DNA of 64,000 nt from Limisphaerales bacterium (GCA_052139695.1 JBKQWF010000170.1:8602-72601); one strand, 5' to 3'. Shown: positions 55,146 through 64,000, counted from the first letter of the stretch. Notes: generated from the letters alone by a model not told the origin. Program-made: numbers and translations.

Positions 55146-56102
55146 TCAAGGGTTGCCTCCCAGCAACCCTACGATGGCCTGCAGCGTCATCAGCGCGTTT
55201 CCTTCAAGGCGATTATTGACGTAGATGTAGGTTTTTCGGCGCGGCGCGGCACGCAGGCTCTCCGCAATCAACGAGGCGGCAGCCGCGCGCGCCTCCTCGT
55301 TCGTTTCATGGAGCATGTCGTAGGGCTGGAAAGCCTTGACGGCTTCCTCGTATTTCCGCCCGGGTTTGAGAAGAAAACGGGCGGCCACCAATTCCGGATT
55401 AGTCCGGCTCCTGGGCAACGCCATTTGTTCGTTTACCGGCGGCATGGCGTGCCAGGAGTTGAAGACGTGGGTGACGCCGTGGCGGGCGAGGCAGTCGAAA
55501 TACCCATCCCTCAGCCACAGGCTGTTTCGCATTTCAACGGCGTAAGGCCATCCTTTCGGCAGCTTCGCCAGAAACCCGTCGAGGTCGCGGACAAAGTCAG
55601 CCCCGTGTTGGTAATCACTGGGCCAAAAGCGCGAGAACTCGAAGATGAACACGCCGGCCTTTTCCCGCACTGCCTCGCAAGGCTTCAAAAAGGCGGTCGC
55701 GAATAAATCCGCATTAAGAAAGTCGGGATTCGTTTTCCCGGCCTTTGCGCCGAACCGGGGCAAATTTGCGAACTGTTTGATCGTCACGGCATCGGTCACC
55801 TTAAAGCCGAAGCGAAAGCCGTCCGGCACGGCGTCCGCCAGTTTCCGCAAATATTCGGGGCGCGGGAAATCGTAGTAGGCGGCATCCACACATACGGTGT
55901 TGAAGACGCCGGCGTATTCACTGAGGCAATCCCGCTCAAAACGGGTCTTGGCAACCTTGCCTCGGTACTGGTAACGCTCCGGGGTGTAAAGCTGGCCCAG
56001 CCAGCCGGGATATTTCCAGGAGGAGGTTCCAAGAAAAACTCCCTTGCCGGCAAGTTCCGCCACCCTTTCCTTCATCCATTCACGATCGAATGCCATCAAC
56101 AT
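55146..56102 (-). CDS. DUF72 family protein
   Basis: GTSSWKYPGWLGQLYTPE..., FNTVCVDAAYYDFP, and the later VEMRNSLW and HVFNSW segments fit DUF72. Confidence 0.8.
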   Translation of the reverse strand: MLMAFDREWMKERVAELAGKGVFLGTSSWKYPGWLGQLYTPERYQYRGKVAKTRFERDCLSEYAGVFNTVCVDAAYYDFPRPEYLRKLADAVPDGFRFGFKVTDAVTIKQFANLPRFGAKAGKTNPDFLNADLFATAFLKPCEAVREKAGVFIFEFSRFWPSDYQHGADFVRDLDGFLAKLPKGWPYAVEMRNSLWLRDGYFDCLARHGVTHVFNSWHAMPPVNEQMALPRSRTNPELVAARFLLKPGRKYEEAVKAFQPYDMLHETNEEARAAAASLIAESLRAAPRRKTYIYVNNRLEGNALMTLQAIVGLLGGNP

Positions 56103-56131
56103 AACGTCCGGCCTCTGCCACTTTCTCTTGC

Positions 56132-56158
56132 GGCGGGCAGCGGAGTGCCCGCCCTACC
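56132..56158 (+). repeat. REP-like family 2 hairpin GGCGGGCAGCGGAGTGCCCGCCCTACC
   Basis: 23 of 27 identical to the reverse complement of 56981-57007. Intergenic. Confidence 0.6.
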
Positions 56159-56233
56159 GAAGCGGCGGTAGGCGCGCACTCCATGCGCGCCATGCGCGCC
56201 AAGGGATTGCCTCGAAGCGTCGAGATTTCTTTG

Positions 56234-56974
56234 TCACAGCACCACCGCCAGAGCAAATCCGTCGTAACCTTTGCTGCCGACGGTTTGGAGAACAGTGGCG
56301 CAAACCCGGCTCTCCGCGGCGACCACGCTCAGGAAGCGGCGCATTCCTTGGACGGCGGGATCGTCGCTGGCCGCATCGGCCACCGCTCCTTTGCGCGCGA
56401 CGTTGTCCGCCACGATGAGAGTGCCGGGACGGGAAAGTTTGAGCGACCACTGGAAATATGGCGCGGTATTCGGTTTGTCGGCATCAATGAAAATCAGATC
56501 AAAAGGCCCGCCCTTTTCGGCGGCGAGCACAGGGAGCGTTTCCAAAGCAAGGCCGAGACGCAATTCCACCATCGAATCCAACCCGGCGCGGGCGAGATTG
56601 GCGCGGGCCACCTTGGCGTGAGCGGGGTCGGCTTCCAGGGTAATGAGACGCCCGTCGGTGGGCAAAGCGCGAGCCAGCCAAATAGTGCTATAAGCGCCGA
56701 GCGTCCCAATTTCGAGGACGCGCCGCGCGCCGAGGGCGCGAGCCAGGACGTGCAGGAATTTCCCCTGAGCGGATGAAACCTGAATGGGGGGCAACCCTGC
56801 CTCCTCGCTGGCGCGAAGGGCGTCGCGCAAAGCGTCATCCTCTGGAACAAGCAAATCCGTCACGTACTGATCCACCGCCGACCATTGTTCTTCACTCATC
56901 CGCAGATTTTGGGCCTGTTCGCGTTTCGTGCCAAGGGTTAAACTGGCGGGGGTGTGATTAGAACCGTCGGTCAA
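56234..56974 (-). CDS. class I SAM-dependent O-methyltransferase (caffeoyl-CoA OMT-like, family 3)
   Basis: GKFLHVLARALGARRVLEIGTLGAYSTIWLARAL...LITLEADP...FDLIFIDADKPN...LSRPGTLIVADNV. Confidence 0.85.
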   Translation of the reverse strand: MTDGSNHTPASLTLGTKREQAQNLRMSEEQWSAVDQYVTDLLVPEDDALRDALRASEEAGLPPIQVSSAQGKFLHVLARALGARRVLEIGTLGAYSTIWLARALPTDGRLITLEADPAHAKVARANLARAGLDSMVELRLGLALETLPVLAAEKGGPFDLIFIDADKPNTAPYFQWSLKLSRPGTLIVADNVARKGAVADAASDDPAVQGMRRFLSVVAAESRVCATVLQTVGSKGYDGFALAVVL

Positions 56975-56980
56975 TCCTAA

Positions 56981-57039
56981 GATAGGGCGGGCAGTTCCCT
57001 GCCCGCCGAGGCGTCGCGCACGGAGTGACGCGCCCTGCC
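56981..57039 (+). repeat. REP-like family 2 full copy
   Basis: GATAGGGCGGGCAGTTCCCTGCCCGCCGAGGCGTCGCGCACGGAGTGACGCGCCCTGCC. The last approx 51 nt align at about 80% identity with 62130-62180. Confidence 0.65.
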
Positions 57040-57241
57040 TGCGACTCGACGCTGGGGTGTTGACCCCATCGAAGCGCCAAGGAAACCGGCATAGCGTTCT
57101 GTTTTATTGCCTTGATCAGTCTAAAATGTTGAACGTCCAAGTTTTTATCCGAATTGGCGGCGAAAAGTGCCCCACGCCTGCCTTGAATCGAATGGTCACA
57201 GTCCATCGGATATCCACATGCCTTTTGCGCACGAGAAGTCC

Positions 57242-59245
57242 CTAACCAGCCGACGCTGCGATACCCAATGGCTGCCGTGCCCGGCTGCCGTCCCGACGAA
57301 CAAGGGGAAGCATGTTTCGGTAGGTCGCCAAGGCCAGCAACGGCCAGCTGTTCCGATACATGTCGTACTTCAAATAGAAGACCCCTGGAAATCCCGTCCC
57401 GGTCGCTTCTACCTCGCTCCAAGTGCCGTCGCTATTCTGGGTCCGAACAAGATATTCAACGCCGTCTTGCAAGCTGGGCCGGTGCGGATCATCGAACGCG
57501 CAAAGGGCCATCACCGCCCACGCTGTCTGCGAAGCCGTGCTCGGCCCTTGGCCTTTGAAAACCGGGTCGTCATAAGTGTTGCACAGTTCCCCCCAGCCCC
57601 CGTCCTCATGTTGCACGCTTTCCAACCAATCGCGCGCCTTGAGAATCCACGGTTCGGACATAGCCAGACCCAGGGCGCGGAGCGAGCGCAGGACCTGCCA
57701 GGTTCCGTAAATGTAATTGACTCCACAACGGCCATACCACGAGCCGTCGGCTTCCTGGCGGCGGCGGAGGAATTCCAGCGCTTTTTGCACCTGCGGGTCT
57801 TCCAGGTTGAAATTCTCATAGCCCAGCAGTTCCAGGATGCGGGCGGTGATGTCCGCGCACTCCGGGTCCAGCATCGCATTGTGATCAGCGAAGGGCACTT
57901 TTTCTAAAATGCTTTTGGTGCAGTCTTTGTCGAAGGAAGCCCAGCCGCCGTCTTTGCATTGGAAAGTCAGCATCCAGTTCAGGCCCCGCTCCAAAGAGGC
58001 GTCTCGGCGGCGCGGATTGGAGGTCGGGATTTTGCGCAGGGCCAGCAGGACCATGGCGGTGTCGTCCACGTCCGCGTTCCATTTGTTGTTGAATTCAAAG
58101 ACCCAGCCGCTCGGCTCAACTGGCGTTGGGTTTTTGTAATGCCAATCCCCGCGGAAACGAACCTCCCGCGAGATCAGCCATTCGCACGCTTGGACCAGGG
58201 CGGGATGATGGCTCGACAGTCCCGATTCGCGCAGCGCAATAGTGACAATGGCCGTATCCCACACCGGAGAAAAACATGGCTCAATGCGGATGTCGTGCTT
58301 GGTTTCGTGTGAGAGTTTATTCAGTTCCGTTTCGCAACGGCGGACCAGCGGATGATCAACCGGGTATCCGAGGGTTTTGAGCGCGATCAACGAGTTGAGC
58401 ATCGCGGGAAAAATGCAGGCCAGCCCATCGCTGCCTTCCAAGCGAGTCACCATCCATTCTTCCGCTTTTTTGAGGGCCCGTTTGCGGAAGGGATGGATGT
58501 GGTGTCTGGTTAAGTGCTCGGCCATTTTGTTGACGCGGTCCAGCCAGATGAAGAAATTACGCCAGGTGAAGCGTTGTGGGTCGCGGGGCAGCATGAGATC
58601 ACGCACATGAAAACCTTGGGGGTAAAGTTCATTCAGCGTGGCTCCGGCGCGTGGCAAACGCGTTGGCTTAAAATGGTTGATGATTGAAAGCGGCACGATC
58701 ATCGATCGGCTCCAGGAACTCATCTCGTTGAAATTGACGTAGAACCATTTTCCGATGAGCATTATTTCGCAAGGAATAGTGGGCACATATTTCCAGGGGA
58801 ACAGGCCGAGCACGGCGAGGTAGAGCTTGGAAAAGGTGTTGAGGCGTGGGATTCCCCCCAGGCTCAGGGCTGTTTGACGTGCGCTCAGCATGCGCGGGTT
58901 GGTCACTGGCACTCCGCACAATTTGAGCGCCAGATAAGCTTTGACGGTCGCATTGATTTCCGGCGGCCCGCCCGGGTAAATGCTCCAGCCACCGGTCGAT
59001 AATTGCAGTCCGAAAAGGTGATTGACCGCTTTTCGCTCCCAGTTTTCATCCACGGTCCCATCCCAATGATGGAAAGCGACCATGTCCGCCACCAGGGTGC
59101 AATCGACCATCAATTCGCCAACCCAATGGCCATCGAGCTTCTGTTGGCCCAGAAGGTAATTCTGCGACCGCGCAATGGCAGTTTCCAAATCCGGCGGAGT
59201 GGAGCGCTGCTCCGTAAGGGCTTGATCAAGCCTTTTGGTTTTCAT
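57242..59245 (-). CDS. shc: squalene-hopene cyclase
   Basis: 667 aa. DxDDTA motif (NADVDDTAMVLLAL) and multiple QW repeats (QKLDGHWVGE, FQCKDGGWAS, RQEADGSWYG, QHEDGGWGE, QNSDGTWS). Confidence 0.95.
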   Translation of the reverse strand: MKTKRLDQALTEQRSTPPDLETAIARSQNYLLGQQKLDGHWVGELMVDCTLVADMVAFHHWDGTVDENWERKAVNHLFGLQLSTGGWSIYPGGPPEINATVKAYLALKLCGVPVTNPRMLSARQTALSLGGIPRLNTFSKLYLAVLGLFPWKYVPTIPCEIMLIGKWFYVNFNEMSSWSRSMIVPLSIINHFKPTRLPRAGATLNELYPQGFHVRDLMLPRDPQRFTWRNFFIWLDRVNKMAEHLTRHHIHPFRKRALKKAEEWMVTRLEGSDGLACIFPAMLNSLIALKTLGYPVDHPLVRRCETELNKLSHETKHDIRIEPCFSPVWDTAIVTIALRESGLSSHHPALVQACEWLISREVRFRGDWHYKNPTPVEPSGWVFEFNNKWNADVDDTAMVLLALRKIPTSNPRRRDASLERGLNWMLTFQCKDGGWASFDKDCTKSILEKVPFADHNAMLDPECADITARILELLGYENFNLEDPQVQKALEFLRRRQEADGSWYGRCGVNYIYGTWQVLRSLRALGLAMSEPWILKARDWLESVQHEDGGWGELCNTYDDPVFKGQGPSTASQTAWAVMALCAFDDPHRPSLQDGVEYLVRTQNSDGTWSEVEATGTGFPGVFYLKYDMYRNSWPLLALATYRNMLPLVRRDGSRARQPLGIAASAG

Positions 59246-59262
59246 GCCTTTTTGACCCGTGC

Positions 59263-60017
59263 CTACGACAAAGAGATTTTTCGGGCTAAATGTGCGTTGG
59301 GATTCATTCTGATGCCGGCTGCCGCCGCAATGTCGAGCATCCAGCGTTTAGTTCCGTTCCGCGGTCTGACTTCCTGGACAGGGTATTTCGAACCACTGGT
59401 TGTTTGACTCAATATCTCAGTCACGACCGGAGCCTTTTCAAGGCCGCGAACGAAAAGGATAACCTCAGCCGCCGAGTTGAGGACTGGGAAAGTCATGGTA
59501 ATGCGGTCCTTATTTTGGTCTGTATTGAGGATCGCCAACCGGTTGGCCACCACCCAGCGAGCACTTTCGTGTAAGCCGGGACTGTTGGGAAACAGCGAAG
59601 CCGTATGACCGTCGCGCCCCATCCTGAGGAACGCTAAGTCAAAACGCGGAAAACCCTCATCCAGAAACCGTCGCGGCTCAAAAAAGTCTCTCAAGTCCGC
59701 TTCGTATTCCTCCGCAGATTGGGAGGCGCTGGCAAGCTCGCCCAGCACGCGATGGATGTGAAGCTGCTCGCTTCGCATGCTCAGATACATCGCCTCGCAG
59801 ACCATCCGAAAATTACTATTAGGATGATCGGGAGGAAGATGGCTTTCATCGCCGAAGAAGAAGTGAATGTTCGCCCATGGTATTTCTGAACGGATGGCTT
59901 TGTCTGTTGTCATCAAACGGTAAAGTGCCTTCAGCGTCGAACCGCCGGAAAGGACAACCGTGAAAACGCCATGGTCTTCGATTGCCTTTGTTGCCAGGAG
60001 CGCAAACCTCTTTGCCG
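59263..60017 (-). pseudogene. pgl: 6-phosphogluconolactonase, 5' end abutting or truncated by an IS element
   Basis: VFTVVLSGGSTLKALY, WANIHFFFGDE and FLRMGRDGHTASLFP are Pgl/DevB motifs. The frame is open up to a stop at 60064-60066 inside the IS. The only canonical start (TTG 59916) lies downstream of the SGGST motif. Confidence 0.7.
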
Positions 60018-62102
60018 TTAAGGGGGAAATAATTTGACGTTTTTGGAATGGGCTGCGGCTTACTTAAAGCGGAAATCAATTTTGAAATTGTAGAGCCAAG
60101 GAATGTGAGGATCGACGCCTTCACGCGCCAATTTTTCGGGCAGGTGCTCGTAGTGGTGACGCAGCAGTGCGGGGTTGGGCGGATTGTAAAGGGTGACAAC
60201 AATAGTTTGGTTTTCAACTCGAACGTCGCCTTCCAGGCCTTCCAAGAGATTGCGGGCAAAGTGGAGCGCGTCCCATTGCCGGCAGGGTTCGCCCAGGCGC
60301 TCTCGGAGTTGATGGAGGGCGGCTTGGGCCAGCAGGACCATGCTGAGGTGTCCGTAGCGGATGTTGAGATTGAGAGTTCCGGCGCGGTGCCAGCCCAGCG
60401 CCTGGTTAAATTTGAAGAATTCCTCGACGTGCCAGCGTTGGGGAAAGTCCTTGGTCAGCGCCGGGATCTCCGCGAGGCGGGCGGTGCTCAGGAAACCTTG
60501 ATAAGGGAGATCCTCCGACCGGCAGCCATTGCGTTGAACGTACTCATAATAGGTCGGCTTGGGCTGAAGGGAAAAGTGATAGGGCTGCACGCTCGTCGCG
60601 TAACCGGGCCAATGTTCGGTGAAGGCCGCGGCGGCGACTTTGCGCCAGCGGCGGACCGAGTTGGGCCAGGCCGGTTGGGCACAGAGCAAGTTGAACCATT
60701 GGTCCTCCCGCACTCGGGCGAAGAGTTCCTGGGCATAGTGTTCTTTATCGGCGAGGAGCAACGGTTTGTCTTTGGCGCCCGGGGCCGCACCCAGGATATG
60801 GGCCGCCATCCGCAGCAGTTCCGGGTGGCTTGGGTGACCGATTGAGCCGGCGATCTCAAGGTAAAGCACAAAGGCTGGCCGGTATGGCAGTCCAACAAGA
60901 AAAAGGTTTGCGCCATTTTGGCGGGTTTTTCTTCGGAGTGGAAACGGTGCCGCCGCATCTGCCGCTGGCTGTAGCTGAGGATGCGGTGGGGGTCCAAGGC
61001 CAGGAGCGAACCGACGAAGTGCTGGCTGGCGCGGCGCAATTTGCCCAGACCGATTTGGAGCTGCTGGGCCTGCTCCACGGTGTGAGCGGCCAGCAGGTCG
61101 TGAATGGCCAGGTCGGTCGGGACAAAAGGCAAACCGTTGGCCAGCTCAAAACCTTTTTGGGAGAGGGTGCGCCGCTGACGGTAGGAGCACAGGCACATGG
61201 CCGCTTCGTTGACCAAGTGCAAGGCCAGACGCGGTTCGAGGCGCTGGCCAGGCAGCCCAGTCCAAGAGCCCAGCAGGTCCCAGGTGCCCAAGCGCAGGTG
61301 CTCCGGCAACAACAACCAAATACCGATCTGATTGCCCGAGATTTTATCCGCCAACGTTTGGCGAATCTGCCGTTCCAGACTCTTGGGATCGGCGGGCAGC
61401 GAGCGTTGCTTTTTGCGGGTGCGCTGGGTGGGGACGAACTGGGGCGGGTTAGCGGGATTGAGTGCGTAGAGTTTTTTTTTGCAGGCCGAAATCGGCGATA
61501 ATTCGTTCGACGCTGCGCTGACTGATCCGGAGGTCCTGCTGGCGGATTTTTTGGGCGATGACCTCGGGGGAGGACTCTGGATCCAGGAAGCGGCAGCGGA
61601 TGACCAAGCGCACGACCTGATCGGTGCGGCGGTAGTCGCTCCTGGGGCCGGGGGTCTGCAGACGCAGGCCCTCGGCGCCTTCGTCATAGAAGTCAGCCAG
61701 AATTTGATAATAGCGCTGGCGGGTGAAGCCGTATTTATCAGCGGCCTGGGAAGGGCCCAGTTCTTCACATTCTCCCTCGATGAGCATGGCGAGGCGGCGG
61801 CAGACCTCATCGTCCTCCAGGACGGCGAGCGAGCCGCCGGGGCCCGTGAAACGGAGTTGATGTTTGGACAGAGAGATTTTCATGAGAGGGAGGATGGAGA
61901 AGAGGATCAGATATGTCAAATTAGATGTGGCGGTCAAGGTCGAGGGGGAGGGGTCAGCGAATCGATTCAAGCTAGCAAGAATCGGGCATGTGATTCGGAG
62001 AAGATCGGCCATTAACCGCCATATTTAATTTGACATACCCCCTTAAAAGCACACAGGGATGGAACTGCAATCCCCGGTAACGTCAAATTATTTCCCCCTT
62101 AA
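60018..62102 (-). mobile_element. IS element (approx 2.08 kb) with perfect 24-bp terminal inverted repeats and a DDE transposase; family unresolved
   Basis: TTAAGGGGGAAATAATTTGACGTT at 60018-60041 is the exact reverse complement of 62079-62102. The outer TTAA is palindromic, so the ends may instead be a 20-bp TIR plus a 4-bp TTAA duplication. A transposase-like coding sequence fills the interior. Confidence 0.85.
60060..61883 (-). pseudogene. DDE transposase split over three reading-frame segments
   Basis: Segment A 61883-61449 is the HTH N-terminus (GPSQAADKYGFTRQRYYQIL). Segment B runs in the +1 frame from about 61480 to about 60850 and carries D1 (FFLLDCHTG). Segment C 60869-60060 is back in frame A and carries D2 (LLLADKEHY) and E (RWHVEEFFKF). 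Confidence 0.75.
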
Positions 62103-62129
62103 AAATCTCTGCCCCGGGGGGGGCTACCT

Positions 62130-62180
62130 GGGAAGTGCCCTGCCCGCCGGGGCGGCGCGCTCCGAGAGACGCGCCCTGCC
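62130..62180 (+). repeat. REP-like family 2 copy
   Basis: GGGAAGTGCCCTGCCCGCCGGGGCGGCGCGCTCCGAGAGACGCGCCCTGCC, between the IS end and the S53 gene. Confidence 0.65.
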
Positions 62181-62235
62181 TTGTCCGGCGTTTTTAAACC
62201 GCCAATGCCTATTTGCGGCCGAAGCCGAATCTGTT

Positions 62236-64000
62236 ATGCTCCTTTCGCCAATGATTTCTCAACGCTTGGAGGTCGTTTCTGTTCTTCTGGTTTGGCTGGG
62301 CCTCGCCACAGCCGGCCTGTCCCAAAGCAACGTCCAGACATTTCACGGGCTAAGACCCGCGGTGACCGGCCGTTTAAAACCGCTCGCGCGCCTGGCGCCC
62401 GAGACCAATTTGACCTTGGAGGTGGGACTTCCATTGCGCAACACGACCCCGCTCACCCATCTGCTGCGTGATCTCTATGACCCGGCCAGTCCCCGGTTTC
62501 ACCAATACTTGACTCCTGCCCAGTTTGCGGAGCGGTTCGGGCCAAGCGAGGAGGATTACCAGGCCGTCATTCGTTTTGCGACCTCCCACGGCCTGCTCGT
62601 CACGGCCACGCAGGCCAACCGCACCCTGCTGCATGTCGCTGGCTCGGTGGCCAATATCGAGACAGCTTTCCATGTGCGGATGGAAGTCTATCAACACCCC
62701 CGCGAAGCCCGCAGGTTCTTCGCCCCGGCCACCGAGCCTTCTATTGATTTAGCGGTTCCCATTCTCGCCATTAATGGCCTGGATGATTTTTTACTGCCGC
62801 GACCGATGAATCTGAAGCGAGCCGTGGCGAGCACGAACAGGACGGCCTATTTGGGCGGGTCGGGCCCGCTCGGGAATTTCTTCGGCAATGATTTCCGCGC
62901 CGCTTATGCCCCAGGCGTCGCCCTTAACGGAGCTGGCCAATCGGTCGGATTGTTCGAGATGGACGGCTACTACGCCTCCGACATCGCCCAGTATGAAAGC
63001 CTGGCCAACTTGCCGAATGTGACTTTGACTAATGTCTTGCTGGACGGTTTCAGTGGCGCTCCGGGCGCTTATGACGCCGAAGTGACCTTGGACATTGACA
63101 TGGCGATATGCATGGCGCCGGGCCTGTCGAAAGTGATTGTCTATGAAGGGACGACGATTGACCACATTTTGAATCAGATGGCGTTGGATAATCTGGCCAG
63201 CCAACTGAGTTGTTCCTGGGCGTTTGACAAACAAACGGACCCAATACGGGAGCAGATTTATGAACAATTCGCCGCGCAGGGCCAGACGATGTTCCAGGCC
63301 GCTGGCGACTTGGGGGCCTATGCCGGACCAGTCGAACCACCCTCCGATGACCCTAACATCACGGTAGTAGGCGGCACGACGTTGCGAACGAGCGGCCCTG
63401 CGGGGTCGTGGTCTGCGGAGACGGCATGGTCTGCCAGCGGTGGAGGCGCCAGCACTACTTTTCCGCTCCCCGCCTGGCAGGAGGGTCTAAGCACATCGGC
63501 CAATCAAGGCTCCCTGAGTTTCCGCAACATTCCGGACGTGGCCGCCCACGCCGATCCGACCATTTGGATCGTCGCCTTCAATGGCGAGCAAGGTGCTACC
63601 GGCGGCACCAGCGCGTCGGCGCCGCTGTGGGCCGGCTTTGCCGCTTTGGCTAATCAGCAAGCTGCCGCGGCAGGCAAACCTCCTCTTGGTTTCCTCAACC
63701 CGGCCCTCTACGCTATCGGACGTAGCGCCGGCTATGCGGCCGCCTTCCACGACATCGCCGCCGGCAACAACACCAATAGCTCCAGCCCGGCAAATTTCTT
63801 TGCCGTTCCCGGCTATGATCTCTGCACCGGCTGGGGCACACCCGCCGGGAGCAATTTAATCAACGCTTTGGTTTCACCGCCCGACCCGCTCCAGGTCTTT
63901 CCCGCGGTGGACTTGACGGCGGGCGGCCCATTGGGAGGGCCGCTCAGCCCCGCGGCGCAGGACATGGCGTTGACAAATATAGGCCTGTCGCCCCTCAACT
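62236..64000 (+). CDS. sedolisin (peptidase S53, kumamolisin-like) with pro-domain; 3' end outside the window
   Basis: Not in the ORF track because no stop falls inside the window. ATG 62236, signal peptide VVSVLLVWLGLATAGLS, pro-kumamolisin-like LYDPASPRFHQYLTPAQFAERFGPS, catalytic E/D in AEVTLDIDMA, and Ser in GGTSASAPLWAG (AGC 63610-63612). I read the frame through to nt 64000 without a stop. Confidence 0.85.
   Translation, partial: MLLSPMISQRLEVVSVLLVWLGLATAGLSQSNVQTFHGLRPAVTGRLKPLARLAPETNLTLEVGLPLRNTTPLTHLLRDLYDPASPRFHQYLTPAQFAERFGPSEEDYQAVIRFATSHGLLVTATQANRTLLHVAGSVANIETAFHVRMEVYQHPREARRFFAPATEPSIDLAVPILAINGLDDFLLPRPMNLKRAVASTNRTAYLGGSGPLGNFFGNDFRAAYAPGVALNGAGQSVGLFEMDGYYASDIAQYESLANLPNVTLTNVLLDGFSGAPGAYDAEVTLDIDMAICMAPGLSKVIVYEGTTIDHILNQMALDNLASQLSCSWAFDKQTDPIREQIYEQFAAQGQTMFQAAGDLGAYAGPVEPPSDDPNITVVGGTTLRTSGPAGSWSAETAWSASGGGASTTFPLPAWQEGLSTSANQGSLSFRNIPDVAAHADPTIWIVAFNGEQGATGGTSASAPLWAGFAALANQQAAAAGKPPLGFLNPALYAIGRSAGYAAAFHDIAAGNNTNSSSPANFFAVPGYDLCTGWGTPAGSNLINALVSPPDPLQVFPAVDLTAGGPLGGPLSPAAQDMALTNIGLSPLN

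Noticed and set aside
1-64000. CRISPR arrays, tRNA, rRNA and tmRNA genes, and riboswitch-like leaders.
   Set aside because: Scanning the intergenic regions by eye showed no regularly spaced direct repeats with unique spacers, no tRNA-like T-arm/acceptor patterns and no rRNA-like segments. The only periodic repeats are the 3 x 10-bp array and the coding decapeptide repeats. A proper tRNAscan/Infernal run was not possible.

Overview
High-GC bacterial chromosome segment, about 55-65% G+C by spot counts. It looks PVC-superphylum/Verrucomicrobiota-like, an inference from two prepilin-type H-X9-DG proteins, many large secreted glycoside-hydrolase/beta-helix proteins and a squalene-hopene cyclase.

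Left to right:
- a prepilin-type gene fragment, DUF167 and ftsK
- a roughly 2.2-kb lower-GC islet holding a two-gene cassette: a DUF4365-like PD-(D/E)xK nuclease-fold protein plus a 378-aa protein with no recognisable motif. This is the best candidate for an undescribed conflict/defence system.
- a 777-aa ORF fusing a polytopic/Wzz-like membrane module to a complete prepilin H-X9-DG module, with a GntR regulator and a membrane protein
- five same-strand secreted carbohydrate-active-like proteins (9.9-21.2 kb) that share a roughly 65-aa C-terminal module ending F(Y/F)R(L/I)xxP
- a 21-kb minus-strand array: RND efflux operon, DedA-rhodanese fusion, REC-TrxR-like response regulator, cNMP-binding histidine kinase, STAS-MlaE/MlaF/MlaD/PqiC-like transporter, two gene remnants, then pgi-gnd-rpiB
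- an SDR remnant, an ECF sigma factor with an N-terminal extension and an FAD monooxygenase
- two more secreted proteins, one tail-fibre/tailspike-like with 11 decapeptide repeats
- MFS transporter, CvfB-like protein, a MazF/RHH toxin-antitoxin pair, an esterase-propeller fusion, two ThuA-like paralogues, DUF72, an O-methyltransferase and shc
- a pgl gene truncated by a 2.1-kb IS element with perfect 24-bp terminal inverted repeats and a transposase split over three frames
- a sedolisin (S53) gene running off the right edge, which is absent from the ORF track

Two families of GC-rich REP-like hairpin repeats occupy intergenic regions. I found no rRNA, tRNA or CRISPR array. All family assignments come from reading motifs by eye and none has been checked against a database.
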